Below are positions 50,161 to 63,024 of a stretch of DNA of 64,000 nucleotides, piece after piece (the stretch's first letter is position 1; every line of letters starts with the position of its first letter). Source of the DNA: Squalus acanthias (Eukaryota); contig CM059431.1 in NCBI GenBank assembly GCA_030390025.1, positions 153,452,001 to 153,516,000 on the forward strand, in the 5' to 3' direction. The notes beneath the pieces were generated by a model. The model searched no databases, was not told where the DNA came from, and saw only the letters and a list, made by a program, of their open reading frames with translations. Both the position numbers and the translations under genes were made by a program.

Positions 50161-50700
50161 TTCACCAGTTTATCTGTGTCCTCCTGAAGCCTGCTACTAT
50201 CCCAATCAGTGTTAACTACATTTCCTAGTTTTGTGTCATCTGCAAACGTTCAAATTATGCCGTTTATATATATATATAAATATATAATACAATATGTTTA
50301 ATATTTATCTAAATGATTATTGGTCCGAATAGCGACACCTGGGGGACAACACTGCATACATCACTCCAGTCTGAACAACAACCAGTCACCACTGCTCTCT
50401 GTTTTTGCTAACATCAGAGCCACACTGCCACTGCCCCTTTGTTCCTAACAAGTTTATTCAAAGAGACTTTATCAAATGCATTTTTAAAGTAATGTAATTA
50501 CGTCAACCACATTACGCCCATCAACCATCTCCGTTATTTCATCAAATAAATCAAACAAGATTGTCAGACAAACTTTATCGCTAACATATCCGTGCTTGTT
50601 GCCATTTATTAATCCATGTTTCTTTCCAAGTGACAGATAATATTCCCCGGGTATATGGCCTCTGGAAGTTTCCCACCCGCCTACGTTAGCCTGACTGGCC
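50161..50700 (-). mobile_element. Old CR1 ORF2 remnant (continues at about 54521-54620)
   Basis: KHGYVSDKVCLTILFDLFDEITEMVDGRNVVDV resembles CR1 RT QHGF..KSCLTNLIEFFEEVT; interrupted by the younger CR1. Confidence 0.75.
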
Positions 50701-53700
50701 ACGATTCTGAGAGGGTTGTGGATAACACATTTAGTGAGTTGGTCACACCGCAGGTTAAGGCCAGCGTAGATAGTACATGGGTGAACAAAAGGCAGAGCAA
50801 GGGCAGGAAGGTAGTGCAGAAATCCCCTGGGGTTGTCTCCCTTAGCAACAGGTTCACCGCCTTAGGTGCTGTTGTCGGGGGGGATGACTCATCGGGGGAA
50901 GGCACCAGCAGCCAGGCTCATGGCACCATGACTGGCTCTGTTGCAAAGAAGGGAGGGAAAAAGAGTGGCAGGGCTATAGTAATAGGGGATTCGATTGTAA
51001 GGGGAATAGATAGGGGTTTCTGTGGTCGCGACCGAGACTCCAGGATGGTATGTTGCCTCCCTGGTGCAAGGGTCAAGGATGTCTCGGCGCGGGTGCAGAA
51101 CATTCTGGAGGGGGAGGGGGAACAGCCAGTTGTCGTGATACATGTTGGTACCAACGACGTAGCTAAAAAAAGGGAAGAGGTCCTACAAGTAGAATTTAGG
51201 GAGTTAGGAGCCAAGCTAAAAAGTAGGACCTCGAAGGTAGTAATCTCTGGATTACTACCAGTGCCACGTGCTAGTAAGAGTACAGAGAACAGGATAGTTA
51301 GGCTAAATACGTGGCTTGAGCAGTGGTGTAAGAGGGAGGGTTTTAAATTTTTGAGGCATTGGAACCAGTTTTGTGGTAGGTGTGACCTATACAAAAGGGA
51401 CGGTCTACACCTGTGCAAAGATGGAACTGATGTTCTCGGTGTAATTTTTGATAAAGCAGTTCGGGAGCATTTAAACTAGTATGGCAGGGGGCTAGAAACC
51501 TATGCAGTGAAATAGAGGAAAGTGAAAGGCAGACAGAAATAAATGGTAAAAGGGTGAGGAACAAAAAACAAAGGGCCAAACCAATTCATAAAAAATGTGA
51601 GCATAAAAAAAGCCTGAGGGTTTTATACCTTAATGCGAGAAGCATCAGGAACAAGGTAGATAAATTAGCTGTGGAAATAGAGGTTAATAATTATGATCTA
51701 ATTGGGATTACGGAAACATGGTTGCAGGGTGAGCAGGGCTGGGAGCTTAACATACAGGGGTATTCAGTATTTAGGAAGGATCGACAAAAAAGAAAGGGAG
51801 GAGGGGTAGCATTGCTGGTAAAAGAGGGGATAAATGCAATTGAAAGGAAGGATATTAACTCAGTTAATACAGAATCTATATGGGTGGAGCTAAGAAATAG
51901 CGAGGGGCGAAAAACATTAATAGGAGTGGTATATAGGCCTCCAAATAGTAAAATAGAGGTTGGGGAGGGCATCACGAGGGAAATTAGAGAAGCGTGCAAT
52001 AAGAGCACAGCTGTCATCATAGGTGACTTTAACTTACATATAGATTGGAATAGCCTAATCAGTAAAAATAATGAGGAGGAGGAATTCCTTGAGTGTTTAA
52101 GGGATGGTTATCTGGATCAATATGTCGAGGAACCAACTCGGGAACAGGCTATATTGGACTGGGTACTGTGCAATGAGAAGGGACTAATTAGTAATCTTGT
52201 TGTACGGGGACCCTTGGGTCAGAGCGATCATAACATGATCGATTTCTCACTCGAAATGGAGAGCGAAGAAATTGACTCAGATACTAAGGTCCTGAATTTA
52301 AACAAGGGGAATTATGATGCCATTAGACGGGAACTGAGTAGGTCTGATTGGACAACGTTCCTGGGAGGACTGGAGGTAGATAAACAATGGCAAGCATTTA
52401 AAGATAGAATGACAAAATTGCAAAAATTGTTTATACCAATCTGGCATAAAAGGAAATCTAAAAAGGTGACTCAACCGTGGATAACAGGGGAAATTAGAGA
52501 CAGCATAAAATCCAAAGATAGGGCGTATAAAATAGCCAAAAAAAGCGCCAGAGCGGAAGATTGGGAACAGTTTAAGATAGAGCAAAGGAGGACAAAGGGC
52601 TTAATCAAGAGGGGCAAAATAGCTTACGAAAGCAAGCTGGCGGAAAATATAAAAACTAACTCCAAAAGCTTTTATAAGTATATCAAGAGGAAAAGACTGG
52701 TGAAAACCAAAGTTGGCCCATTGCAGTCAGATACGGGGGAATATATAACGGGAAATAAAGAAATGGCAGACCAACTAAATGCATACTTCGGGTCAGTCTT
52801 TACGAAGGAAGACACAAAAAACCTCCCTGGGATATCGGGAAAAATAGGGACATTTGCAAAGGAGGAACTGACGCAAGTCAATATCTCTAAGGATATGGTG
52901 TTAAGGAAGCTAAAGGGATTGAAGGCGGACAAATCCCCAGGGCCTGATAAAATGCATCCTAGGGTGCTGAAGGAGGTGGCCCTAGAGATAGCGGATGCAC
53001 TAAGTATGATTTTTCAGAATTCATTAGACTCGGGAACAGTGCCCATGGATTGGAGGGTAGCTAACGTTACCTCACTATTCAAAAAGGGGGGTAGGGAAAA
53101 AGCAGGTAATTACAGACCTGTAAGCCTTAAATCAGTTGTGGGCAAAATGCTGGAGTCCATCATTAAGGATGAAATAGCGGAGCACTTAGCAAATGGGGAC
53201 AGGATAGGACAGAGTCAACATGGATTTACAAAGGGTAAATCGTGCTTGACTAATCTATTGGAATTTTTTGAGGGAGTAACTGGTAAAATAGATGGTGGAG
53301 AGCCAGTAGATGTGGTGTACCTGGACTTCCAAAAGGCCTTCGATAAGGTCCCACATAAAAGATTAGCAGGGAAAATTGAAGCTCATGGGATAAAGGGGAA
53401 AGTATTGACGTGGATAGAGAACTGGCTGTCAGATAGAAAACAGAGAGTTGGAATAAACGGCTCATTTTCTGAATGGCAGGCAGTAACAAGTGGGGTACCA
53501 CAGGGATCTGTCCTGGGTCCCCAGCTGTTCACAATTTACATTAATGACCTGGATCAGGGAGTCGGATGCAGCATTTATAATTTGCAGACGACACTAAACT
53601 AGGAGAGGGGGTGGGCTCAGAGGAGGAGACCAGGAAGCTCCAGAGCGATTTGGACAGACTGGGTGATTGGGCGGATAAATGGCAGATGCACTATAATGTG

Positions 53701-54520
53701 GACAAGTGCGAAGTTATCCACCTTGGGTGCAGGAACGGGAGGGCAAATTATTATTTAAATGGCAATAAATTGGGAGAGGGGGAAGTACAGAGAGACCTGG
53801 GTGTTCTTGTACACCAGTCACTGAAGGCGAGCATGCAGGTGCAACAGGCGATCAAGAAGGCAAATGGTATGCTGGCCTTCATAGCAAAAGGGTTGGAATA
53901 CAGGAACAGGGATACCTTGCTGCAGCTGTACAGGGCACTGGTGAGACCACACCTCGAGTACTGTGTACAGTTTTGGTCGCCTCATCTGAGGAAAGATGTT
54001 CTTGCCATGGAGGGGGTGCAGCGGCGATTCACCAGGCTGATACCAGGAATGGCGGGATTGACCTATGAGGAGAGACTATGTAGTTTAGGGATGTACACAC
54101 TGGAGTTTAGAAGATTGAGAGGGGACCTCATAGAAGTGTATAAAATTCTGACAGGTCTAGACAGACTAGATGCAGAAGGAATGTTTCCCTTGGCGGGTGA
54201 GAACAGAACTAGAGGACATAATTTAAGGATAAGGGCTAAACCATTTAGGACAGAAATGAGGGGGAATTTCTTCACTCAGAGGGTGGTGAACCTGTGGAAC
54301 TCATTGCCACAGAGGGCAGTGTACGCCAGCTCATGAAATATATTTAAGAGGGAATTAGATATATTTCTACAGGCAAAAGGGGTTAAGGGTTACGGAGAGA
54401 AGGCGGGGACGGGATACTGAATTGGAGGATCAGCCATGATCTCATTAAATGGCGGAGCAGGCTCGAAGGGCCGGATGGCCTACTCCTGCTCCTATCTTCT
54501 ATGTATCTATGTATCTATGT
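50701..54520 (+). mobile_element. Near-full-length CR1 LINE, 5'-truncated inside ORF1
   Basis: ORF1 remainder to 51479 (GDSIVR, HVGTND, DGLHL). ORF2 from about 51480 to 54420 with APE + RT, a frameshift near 53575 and a stop at 54334-54336. 3' UTR and (TATGTATC)n tail. Confidence 0.94.
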
Positions 54521-54624
54521 AGTAACATTGTTTATCCCTCTCTTCTTTTTTAAGCAGGTTGCAACATTGGCAACCCTACAATCCTTTGGTCCCACTCCCA
54601 TATTCAAGGAGGATTGAAAGATTA

Positions 54625-54742
54625 ACATAGAAACATAGAAACTAGGAGCAGGAGTAGGCCATTCGGCCCGTCGAGCCTGCTCCACCATTCAATACGATCA
54701 TGGCTGATCATCCAAATCCAGTACCCTGTCCCTGCTTTCTCA
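54625..54742 (-). mobile_element. Short CR1 3'-end fragment
   Basis: Reverse complement of the CR1 3' UTR (GATCAGCCATGATC...GGCCTACTCCTGCTCCTAG) with TTTCTATG tail. Confidence 0.8.
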
Positions 54743-54744
54743 CA

Positions 54745-54922
54745 CAGAATCCCCATCGAGCCTGCACCGACACATATCCCACCCTATCCCCGTAACCCCA
54801 CGTATTTAATTCCCCCTAACATACCCCATCCTATCCCCGTAACCCCACATATTTAATCCCCCCCCCTAACACTAAGGGTCAATTTATCATAGCCAAATCA
54901 ACCTAACCCGCACATTCTGGGT
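54745..54922 (-). mobile_element. HE1-like (V-SINE) fragment with internal ~50-bp duplication
   Basis: Minus strand ATGTGCGGGTTAGGTTGATTTGGCTATGATAAATTGACCCTTAGTGT...GGGTTACGGGGATAGGG resembles the recalled elasmobranch HE1 SINE body. Confidence 0.6.
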
Positions 54923-55270
54923 AGATCCTGCACTATTTCCACCTTTACGTCCCTCAGCAACCCTCATACATCTCATCCGGACCGCGGAAATGTTCTACTT
55001 TACTGTGGTCCAAAACGTGCTGGATTGAAATGGGTTAACTGAAGCTGTTTGTTCAGTGACTGCAATTAATGTCAGTCTCTCCGGCTTATCTGAAGCAGTT
55101 TGTTCAGTGACTGGAATTAATATCATTCTCCATGGACCCTAATTGCATCAGTGCAGGGTTTCCATCTTTTATTAATAAGGGACTAATTTCAATGTGTTAT
55201 CCCATCGTGTCAGTGAGAGCATCTCCTCCGGCACTAACAGTGATCAGTGCGCTGCTCAACAAAGAGTGAG

Positions 55271-55396
55271 TCAGAATCTGAGAACAGTAGATTGGAATGT
55301 TACAACACTCGGTCAGAATCTGAGAACACTAGATTGGAATGCTGCAACAATGGATCAGAATCTGAGATCAGTAGATTGGAATGTTACAACAATGGG
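55271..55396 (+). repeat. 3 x 42-bp tandem repeat overlapping the GPCR start
   Basis: TCAGAATCTGAGA.CA.TAGATTGGAATG.T.CAACA at 55271, 55313 and 55355. Confidence 0.9.
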
Positions 55397-55530
55397 CAAG
55401 AGTTCATCCTCGGCGTTTGAAATATTTACTCTCTACTTTGATTATATGTCATTCATAAATAAGATCCATTACGCAATTCTGATTATGCAATGCATTTACT
55501 ATCCCATCCTTGCTGCTGTTGGTGTTGCTG
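55350..55530 (+). CDS. Probable first coding exon of a GPR139/GPR142-like class A GPCR (N-terminus + start of TM1)
   Basis: MDQNLRSVDWNVTTMGKS...IHYAILIMQCIYYPILAAVGVA followed by a consensus phase-1 donor G|GTAAGT at 55531; N-glycosylation sequon NVT. Alternative start ATG at 55392. No exon 2 recognised in the window. Confidence 0.7.
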
Positions 55531-55794
55531 GTAAGTCTCTCTATCAAGCTATTAATTTTATAATCCATGATTAACTGCACTAAAGTTCTTGCCTTTTACA
55601 TTCCCCTCCTTGTTGCGGTTGTTGTTCCTGGTAAGTCTCTGTATCCAGCTATTAACTTTGCAAAGCTTTGCATACTGTATTACTATTCTCGGAAGTTACC
55701 CTCTCATCTGTGCTGCTGTTGGTGTTCCTGTTAACTTTCTACATCAGCAATTAGATCTGTACACCACGTCTCACTGTATTACTGTGTTTGTCAT

Positions 55795-56290
55795 TTAAAT
55801 CTTGGGAAGATCAAAGCCATTCTCTTCGCTCCTCGTCAAAAAACTCTATTTTTTATTTAACAATTCAATCCCCATCCCAATCCAATTTCTGAGGAGGATC
55901 AAGATTGTTTGCAACCACGGCTTTCTCTTTGAGCCTGCGCTGAGTTCCGACCACAAATCCTCTGAACCATCAGTCCTGCCGACTACCACCTCCATAATAT
56001 CGAACGTCTCCGACCCTCCTCAGCCCTTCCGCTGCTTAAACCCTCATGCGTGATTTAGTTTTACCTGACTCGACTATTCCAATACTCTCCTGGCTGGCCT
56101 CCCAGTTAAAAGCCTCCATAAACTAGAGCTCATCCAAAACTCTGCTGCTCATTCCCTAACACGCATCATGTCCCGTTCACCCGTCACCCCTTTGCTCAAT
56201 GAGCACCATTTGCTCCCGATCAGGAAATGCCTCGATCTTAATATTCTCATCCTTAAGATCAAATCCCAGCATGGCCTCACCCCTCCAATA
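55795..56290 (+). mobile_element. L2-like LINE ORF2 C-terminal remnant
   Basis: Degenerate RLDYSNTLLAGLP...LELIQNSAA...PVTPLL..HHLLP motifs typical of L2 3' ends. Confidence 0.7.
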
Positions 56291-57035
56291 GTCCCATTCC
56301 CTAGTTCTTTTTTCCATTGTCCTGCAAATTGTTACCCTTCAATTATTTATCCAATTCCCCCTTTTAATGTAATGTCTTCCCTGCTGTTCCTCTCCCAGTC
56401 TTTCTGCCTCTATTTTTCTTTCTCTCCGTCTCTCACTCTCCCTGTTCTCTCTCTGTGTCTCTTGCTCATAGAATCATAGAATGGTACAGCACACATTGAG
56501 GCCATTCGGCCCATCGTGTCAGTGCCATCTCTTTGAAAGAGCTGTCTCATTATTCCTACTCTTTAGCCAGAGCCCTGTAAAACAATTCCCATCCAACTAA
56601 TTATCCCTCTCCCTTTCGAAATTTCCTACTGAATCTACTTCCACCACGTTCTCAGACAGTGCATTCCAGATCTCAACAACTCACTGCAAAAAGTAAATTC
56701 TCCTCGTCTCTCCTCTGGGTCTTTTGCCTATTAACTTAAATCTGTGTACGCTGTTTACCCACCATTCTGACACTGGAAAACCATTCGACTTATGCACGCT
56801 ATGAAATCCAATCACATTTTTTTACAACTATATTAAAGCTCCCCTTATGAAAAAGGACAAAGATAGACCAGGTGTAAAAGTTTTCAATTGGGGAAAGGCC
56901 AATTTTACTAAGCTGAGGTGCAATTTAGCAAAAGTGAACTGGAAACAGCTACTTGAAGGTAAATCAGTGTCAGAGCAATGGGGAGCATTCAATGAGGAGA
57001 TAGTGAGGGTTTAAATATTTCGCCACAAATAAAAA

Positions 57036-57494
57036 AGGAAAGGAAAGCCTTCCATTTATATAGCGCCTCTCACGACCACCCGACTACTCAAAGCACTTTA
57101 CAGCCAATGAAGTACATTTAAAATGTAGTCACTGCTGTATTGTAGGAAACGCGGCAGCCAATTTGCGCACAGCAAGCTCCCACAAACAGCAATGAGTTAA
57201 TGACCAGATAATCTGATTTGTTATGATGATTGAGGGATACATATTTGCCAGGACACCTCACCTGCTCTTCATCGAAATAGTGCCATGGGCATTTTTCCGT
57301 CCACCTGAGGGAGCAGATGGGGCCTCCGTTTAACGTCTCATCGGAAAGACGTCACCTCCTACATTGCAGCACTCCCTCAGCACTGCACTTGAGTGTCAGC
57401 ATAGTTTTATGTGCTCAGGTCCCTGGAATGGGACTTGAACCCACAACCTTCTGACTCAGAGGTGAGTGTGCAACCAACTAAGCCACAGCTGACA
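57036..57494 (-). mobile_element. tRNA-derived DeuSINE (SacSINE1-like)
   Basis: Minus-strand head GTCAGCTGTGGCTTAGTTGG (A box)...GGGTTCAAGTCCC (B box) and tail GGCGCTATATAAATG; possible TSD AAAAAGG. Family name from recall. Confidence 0.75.
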
Positions 57495-58624
57495 AAAAGG
57501 ATGGGACTCTCAAATTTAGGGCCCACTGGATGTCTAGAAGCATACAGGGAAGAAGAAGTGAAATAAGGGAAGCTTCTGTCTAATGCTCAGAGCACACTAA
57601 TACAGAAAGCCTAGAGGAGTAAAGTAAGTGCAAGGGTTTCATAGGCTTTCATAAGATTATATAGGATATTCGGCACAGAAAAAGGCCATTTGTCCCAACC
57701 AGTCTGGGCCGGTGTTTATGCTACACTGGAGCCTCCACCTGTCTTTCCTCATTTAATTCTATCAGCATAACCCTATATTCCCTTCTCCCTTTTAAGCTTA
57801 TCCAAACGCCCCTTAAATGCATCTATACTATTCGCTTCAGCCATTCCCTGTGGTAGCGTGTTCCACATTTTCACCACGCTCTGGGTAAAGACGTTTGTTC
57901 TGAATTCCATGTTAGATTTCTTGGTGACTTTCTTATATTGATGACCTCTAGTTTTCCTCCTCCCAAAAGTGGAAACATTCTCTCTGCATTTACTCTGTCA
58001 AAATCATTCATGATTTAAAGACCTCTATCAGGTCACCCCTCAAACTTATCTTTTCAAATTAAAAGAGACCCAGACTGTTCATCCTTTCATGACAGGTGTA
58101 CCCTCGCATTTCTGGTATGATCTTTGTAAATCTTCCCTGCACCCTCTCCAGTGCCTCTATATCCTTTTTTTATAATATGGCGAATAGAAATGCACACAGT
58201 ATTCCAAGTGTGGTCTAACCAAGTCCATACCAATGTTCGATACAGGTTTAGCATAACTTCACTACTCTTCAATTCTAGCCCTCCAGAAATAAACCATTGT
58301 GCTTGGTTTGCTTTTTGTATGCCCTTTTTAAGCTGTGTCGATACTTTGCAGAGATTTGAATATTTGTACTCCTAGATCCCTTTGCTCCTCTGCCCCATTT
58401 TGGATTCTTATTTTCCAAGTAATATGTGACCTTCCTATTTGTCTTACCAAAATGTAATACCTCACATTTATCTATGTTGAATTTAATTTGCTAATTTTTT
58501 GCCCATTCTGCAATTTTATTAAGGACTTCTTGAAATGTGTTGCTGTCCTCCTCAGTATTGGGCATTTTATCCAATCTTGTGCCTCCACAGATTTAGAAAT
58601 TTTGTTTTTGGCTCCAAAGTCTAA

Positions 58625-59505
58625 GGGGAAGAAATTCAGTATCGCCCCATTTGAGGCGCAATTAACGGCCGGGCGCAAAGATTAGCGCCTGGCGTTAATT
58701 ATCGCCACTGATGCAAACTTTACTTTTATCGACCCTGGAGGTGATTGGAGTGCTAAATCACGCGCTTCACACCTGTCTTAAGGCGCAAAGGCCGAGGAGC
58801 GAGGCGCTACCTCAGAGCGCTGGCGAAGCTCATGTGATGTCAGTTAGCAATGGAACACACACACAATGGCGCGGGCCAGTTCTTAAAGGGGAGGGTTGAT
58901 CTTACTTTCCATTCACATCCTACTCATTGCAGCCTTGAATCTCGGCCTGGAGAGAACTGCACATCAAATCTGCTGGAAAGAACAATGGAGAGTACCAGGG
59001 AAAGAGCTCATAGTGCAGCCCCCACAATCTCTTCCAAATCGATACAAGGAAGGGCAAATCAAAATGTACATGCAAAGTGCTGCTCAGTACCCAAAACTCC
59101 TTCAATTAGCTCTGAATCTCTCCAGAACTCTCTCTCTCTCTCTCTCTCAAAAATGTCAACAACAATAAAAGGCAGGAAGTGGTCGCCTTTAAATAGCGCT
59201 CCCCCAGTCCCTTCCTGACTGCAAAACGCTCCCCTCAACCTGTCGTTGCTCGCGGCAGGCGATAAGGCAGGGGGCGCCACTCAATATCCGCTCCGTGGCG
59301 ATAACCGGGGCGTTGCACACTCGACTGACATCACGATCTGCCGGCGCAGGAGATCGTGGTGGTAGTGATTAGCGCCACCGCAAAATGTGTAGTTAATTTC
59401 ACGAGCGGTGCAAACATCGCCACGCCCGGGCGCTAGATGCTTTGCGCACCATAAGTGCCCTCTTAAGGCACTACCGGGAGGTGCAACAAACTGAATTTTT
59501 CCCCC
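58625..59505. mobile_element. PIF/Harbinger-type MITE (881 bp)
   Basis: TIRs GGGGAAGAAATTCAG / CTGAATTTTTCCCCC with TAA on both sides. Confidence 0.85.
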
Positions 59506-62500
59506 TAAATCTAAATATAAATTGTGAACAACAGTGGTCCCAGCACGGATCCTTGTAGAACTCTACTACCCTCCTTCTGCTATGCTGATCAGCTACACTT
59601 TATCCATACTCTCTGCCAACTCTCTATTATCCTCTCCATTGCTTCCCGGCCCTATTCCCATTCAAACTTATTTTTCTATTGTTGTGCCTGTAAAATATTT
59701 CAATTTATTTTGTTCCTTGATAATTTAATTTCATAGTTCCTTCTTGCCGTCCTTATTGTTTTCTTTACTTCTCTTCTAAACCCTTCACATTTTCCCTTAT
59801 CATACTCTCCCCTGCTGTCCATGTAGTTAATGAAGGCCGCTTTCCTGATACTCAAGTTTTACTTTTTTGGCTATATTCATCCACGGTGTCTCATTATTGT
59901 TTAGCTTATTCTTGTTTATTAGCAGAATATATTTTCCTGGACTCTATTGAACACGGTTTTAAATGTTTCCCATTGCTGCTCTCCATCATTGTTTGCGAAT
60001 GTTGTCCATTTTATTTCCTAAGTGTTATTTTCAGCCCCTCAAAATCAGTTGTTCTCCAATCTATTACCGAGGTCATTGTCATACCTATGCCCTTCTCAAT
60101 TATTATCTTAAAGCGTATTATATTATGGTCACTATTGCCTGGATGTTCCCCAACTTTTCCTTCTCTTACCTGCTGTGGTTCATTCCCCATTACTAGATTC
60201 AATAGTTAATCCTCCCTTGTTGGGTTTTTTTGCATATTGGTTAGAAAGGAGTCATGTCCACATTGTAGGAACTCCATTCCCTTAGCCCTTTTACCTGCCT
60301 ATTTTGTTAAATTAATATCTGGGAATTTCAAGTCCTCCATTTGTTTTACTAATTTCCCGATGTTGTCTCCATATTTCTTCCACCAAAACTCTTCCACTAT
60401 TATGTGCTCTGTTGACTGCCCCTCTTAGTGAGATTGATCCTTTATTATCTTTCATCTTTATTCATATGTATTCTATTTCGGCCTTGCTGATAACTGCATC
60501 ACTTTTATCTACTGCCATTATAGTATCCCGAATAAGTACAGCTGCTCCACCTCCCCATTATCTTCTCTCTATCTTTTCTATATATGTTATTCCCTGCAAT
60601 GTTTAATTCCCAGTCCTGAAGTTTCGGTAGACATGTCTCAGTGAAATCAAAGAGAGGGAATGAAAAAAATATTAACAAGTTAAATCAAGGAAAACTCAAA
60701 AATGTTTTGTAAATACAGAAAGAGCAAGAGGATAACTAAGGAAAGTGTAGGGCCTATTAGAGACCAAAAAGGTGAACTGTGTGTGGAGGTGGAAGACATG
60801 GGTATGTTTCTTAATGAATACTTTACTTCTGCCTACACAGAAAAGAAGGCCAATGCAGACATTGTAGTTACAGAGGAATAGTGCGAAATATTAGATGTGA
60901 TTAGCATAGTGAGAGAGGAAGGATTATGAAATTTTGCTTCTTTGAACGCAGATAAGTCGCCAGGCCCAGATGAAATGTATCCCAGGCTGAGAGACAAGAT
61001 AATGTTGTGACTGAGTAACTTGATTGAATTTGATAGGGAGGTAACGAGGAGGATCGATGAGGGTGGTGCATTAGATTTAGTCTACATAGATATTAGCAAG
61101 GCCTTTGACAAGCTCCAACATGACAGGTTGGTAAAAAAATGTAAAAGCCCATGGGATCCAATGGAAAGTGTCAAGTTGGATCCAACATTGTCTCAGTGGC
61201 AGGATGGAAAGGGAAATGGTCGACGGGTGCTTATGTGACTGGAAGGCTGTTTCCATTGGTTTTCTGCAGAACTCAGTACTTGGTTCCTAGTTTTTTATGG
61301 TATAGATCAATGATTTAGACCTCAATGTAGGGGGCATGATTAAACTGTTGGCAGATTAAACAAAAATTGGCCATGTGGTTGATAGTGAGGAACAGAGCTA
61401 TAGACTGCAGGAAGATATCAATGGACTAATCAGGTGGGCAGAAAAATGGCAGATGGAATTCCATCTGGAGAAGTTGGGAGGGCTAACAAGGCAAGGGAAT
61501 ACACAATAATTGGTATGATACTGAGAAATGTGGAGGAACAGAGGGACGTGAAGTGCATGTCCACAGATCCGTGAAGATATCAGGACAGTTAGTTAGATGG
61601 TTAAGAAGGTACAGAGGATAGTTTATTTTTTTAGCCGCGACATAGAATATAACAGCATGAGAGGTTATGCTCGATCTCTATAATACAGAGGAGGTTAAGG
61701 GAGTGTTTTAACTAAGGTGCATAAAATTATGAGCGGCCCAGATAGAGTTGATAGGAAGTAGCTATACCCTTCGCAGAGATGTTAATAACCAGGGGCATAG
61801 ATTTAACGTAATTTTTAGAAGGATTCGAGGAGAGTTGAAAATTCCTTTTACCCAGTGGATGGTGGGGGTCTGGGACTCACTGCCTGGAATGGGGGTATAG
61901 GCAGAAACCCTCATCACATTAAAAAGTACTTGGATGTGCGCTTGAAGTGCCACAACTTGCAAGGTTACTGACCAAGAGCTGGAAAGTGGATTTAGGCTGG
62001 ATGGCTCTTTTGCGACCGGCGCAGACACGATGGGCCGAATGCCCTCCTTCTGTGCCGCACATTTCTATGATTCTATAATTCTATTTTCCTTAACCTTCGC
62101 TGCTCTAAACAGAACAAACCCAGCTTATCCAGTTTCTCCACGTAACTGAATTCCCAGATCCCTGGTACCATTCTGGTAAATCCCTACACCTTCTCTAATC
62201 CTTGATATGCTTGCCAAAGTTTGGTGCCCAGAATTGGACACAATGCTCCAGCTGGGGCCTAAAAAGTGATTTAGAAAAGGTTAGCACTTCTTCCTGGGTT
62301 GTGTTACTCTGTGTCTCTGTTTGTAAAGCCAAGGACTCCGTATGTTTTATTAGCAGCTGTCGCAAGTTGTCCTGCCACCTTTTTTTAGAATACTCCCCAG
62401 GCCTGTCTGATCGTGCACAAACTTTACAATTGTACCGTTTAGTTTATATTGGCTCTGCTCATAGTTCCTACCAACATGTATCACTTCACACTTCTCTGTG

Positions 62501-63024
62501 TTAAATTGTTTCTTCCATGAATCTGCCCATTTCACCTGTCTGTCTATGTGCTCCTAATGTCTGTTACTACCCATCTCATTGTTAGTTAACGTTTCCGAGT
62601 TTACTATCACCTGCAAACTTTGAAATGATGTGCTTTCTACCCAATTTCATGGTATTGATATACATGAAAATAGCAATGGTCCCAATGCCGACCCCTGGGG
62701 GACACCATTTTATGCTTCTTTCCAGACTGAAAAACAACCATTTGCCCTATTTTCTGTCTCTTAGCCAATTTCCGAGCCATATTGCCACTGCCCCTTTAAT
62801 CCTATGGGCTTCAATTTTCTTATTATGTGTTAATTTATCAAACACCGTTTGAAAGGATAGGGAAATTGGGAAAAGTGTGTGTACTATCAATCATAAAAGC
62901 ATAGAATTGATGAGGCAAGTTATTTGACAATTTGTTTAGCGGAGCATGACGTCCGCATGGATAATAGTTCTCGCCTGGTGTCAATCAATTAATTACAAAA
63001 TCATTGATTTTATTCCCATTTTAT

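Larger units (their letters stand above)
56467..62850. mobile_element. Nested cluster of old CR1 remnants
   Basis: A minus-strand CR1 3' end (56467-56847, resuming about 62083-62850) hosts a plus-strand CR1 ORF2 remnant (about 56848-57640 and 60640-62080; DISKAFDK motif, TTCTATGA tail). That in turn hosts another minus-strand CR1 (about 57640-60640; GNSDHNII, LYRTLV motifs). Confidence 0.7.

Noticed and set aside
50655..50700. Apparent start of a 274-aa ORF1
   Set aside because: The ATG lies in the older antisense CR1 remnant; it is a chance fusion to a 5'-truncated ORF1 lacking the zinc finger.
55698..55750. GVPVNF resembling a spliced (retrocopied) GPCR exon junction
   Set aside because: The following bases match the intron start of the other two 100-bp copies, so it is a mutated donor.
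57420..57494. tRNA gene
   Set aside because: A and B boxes belong to a SINE head; no complete cloverleaf.
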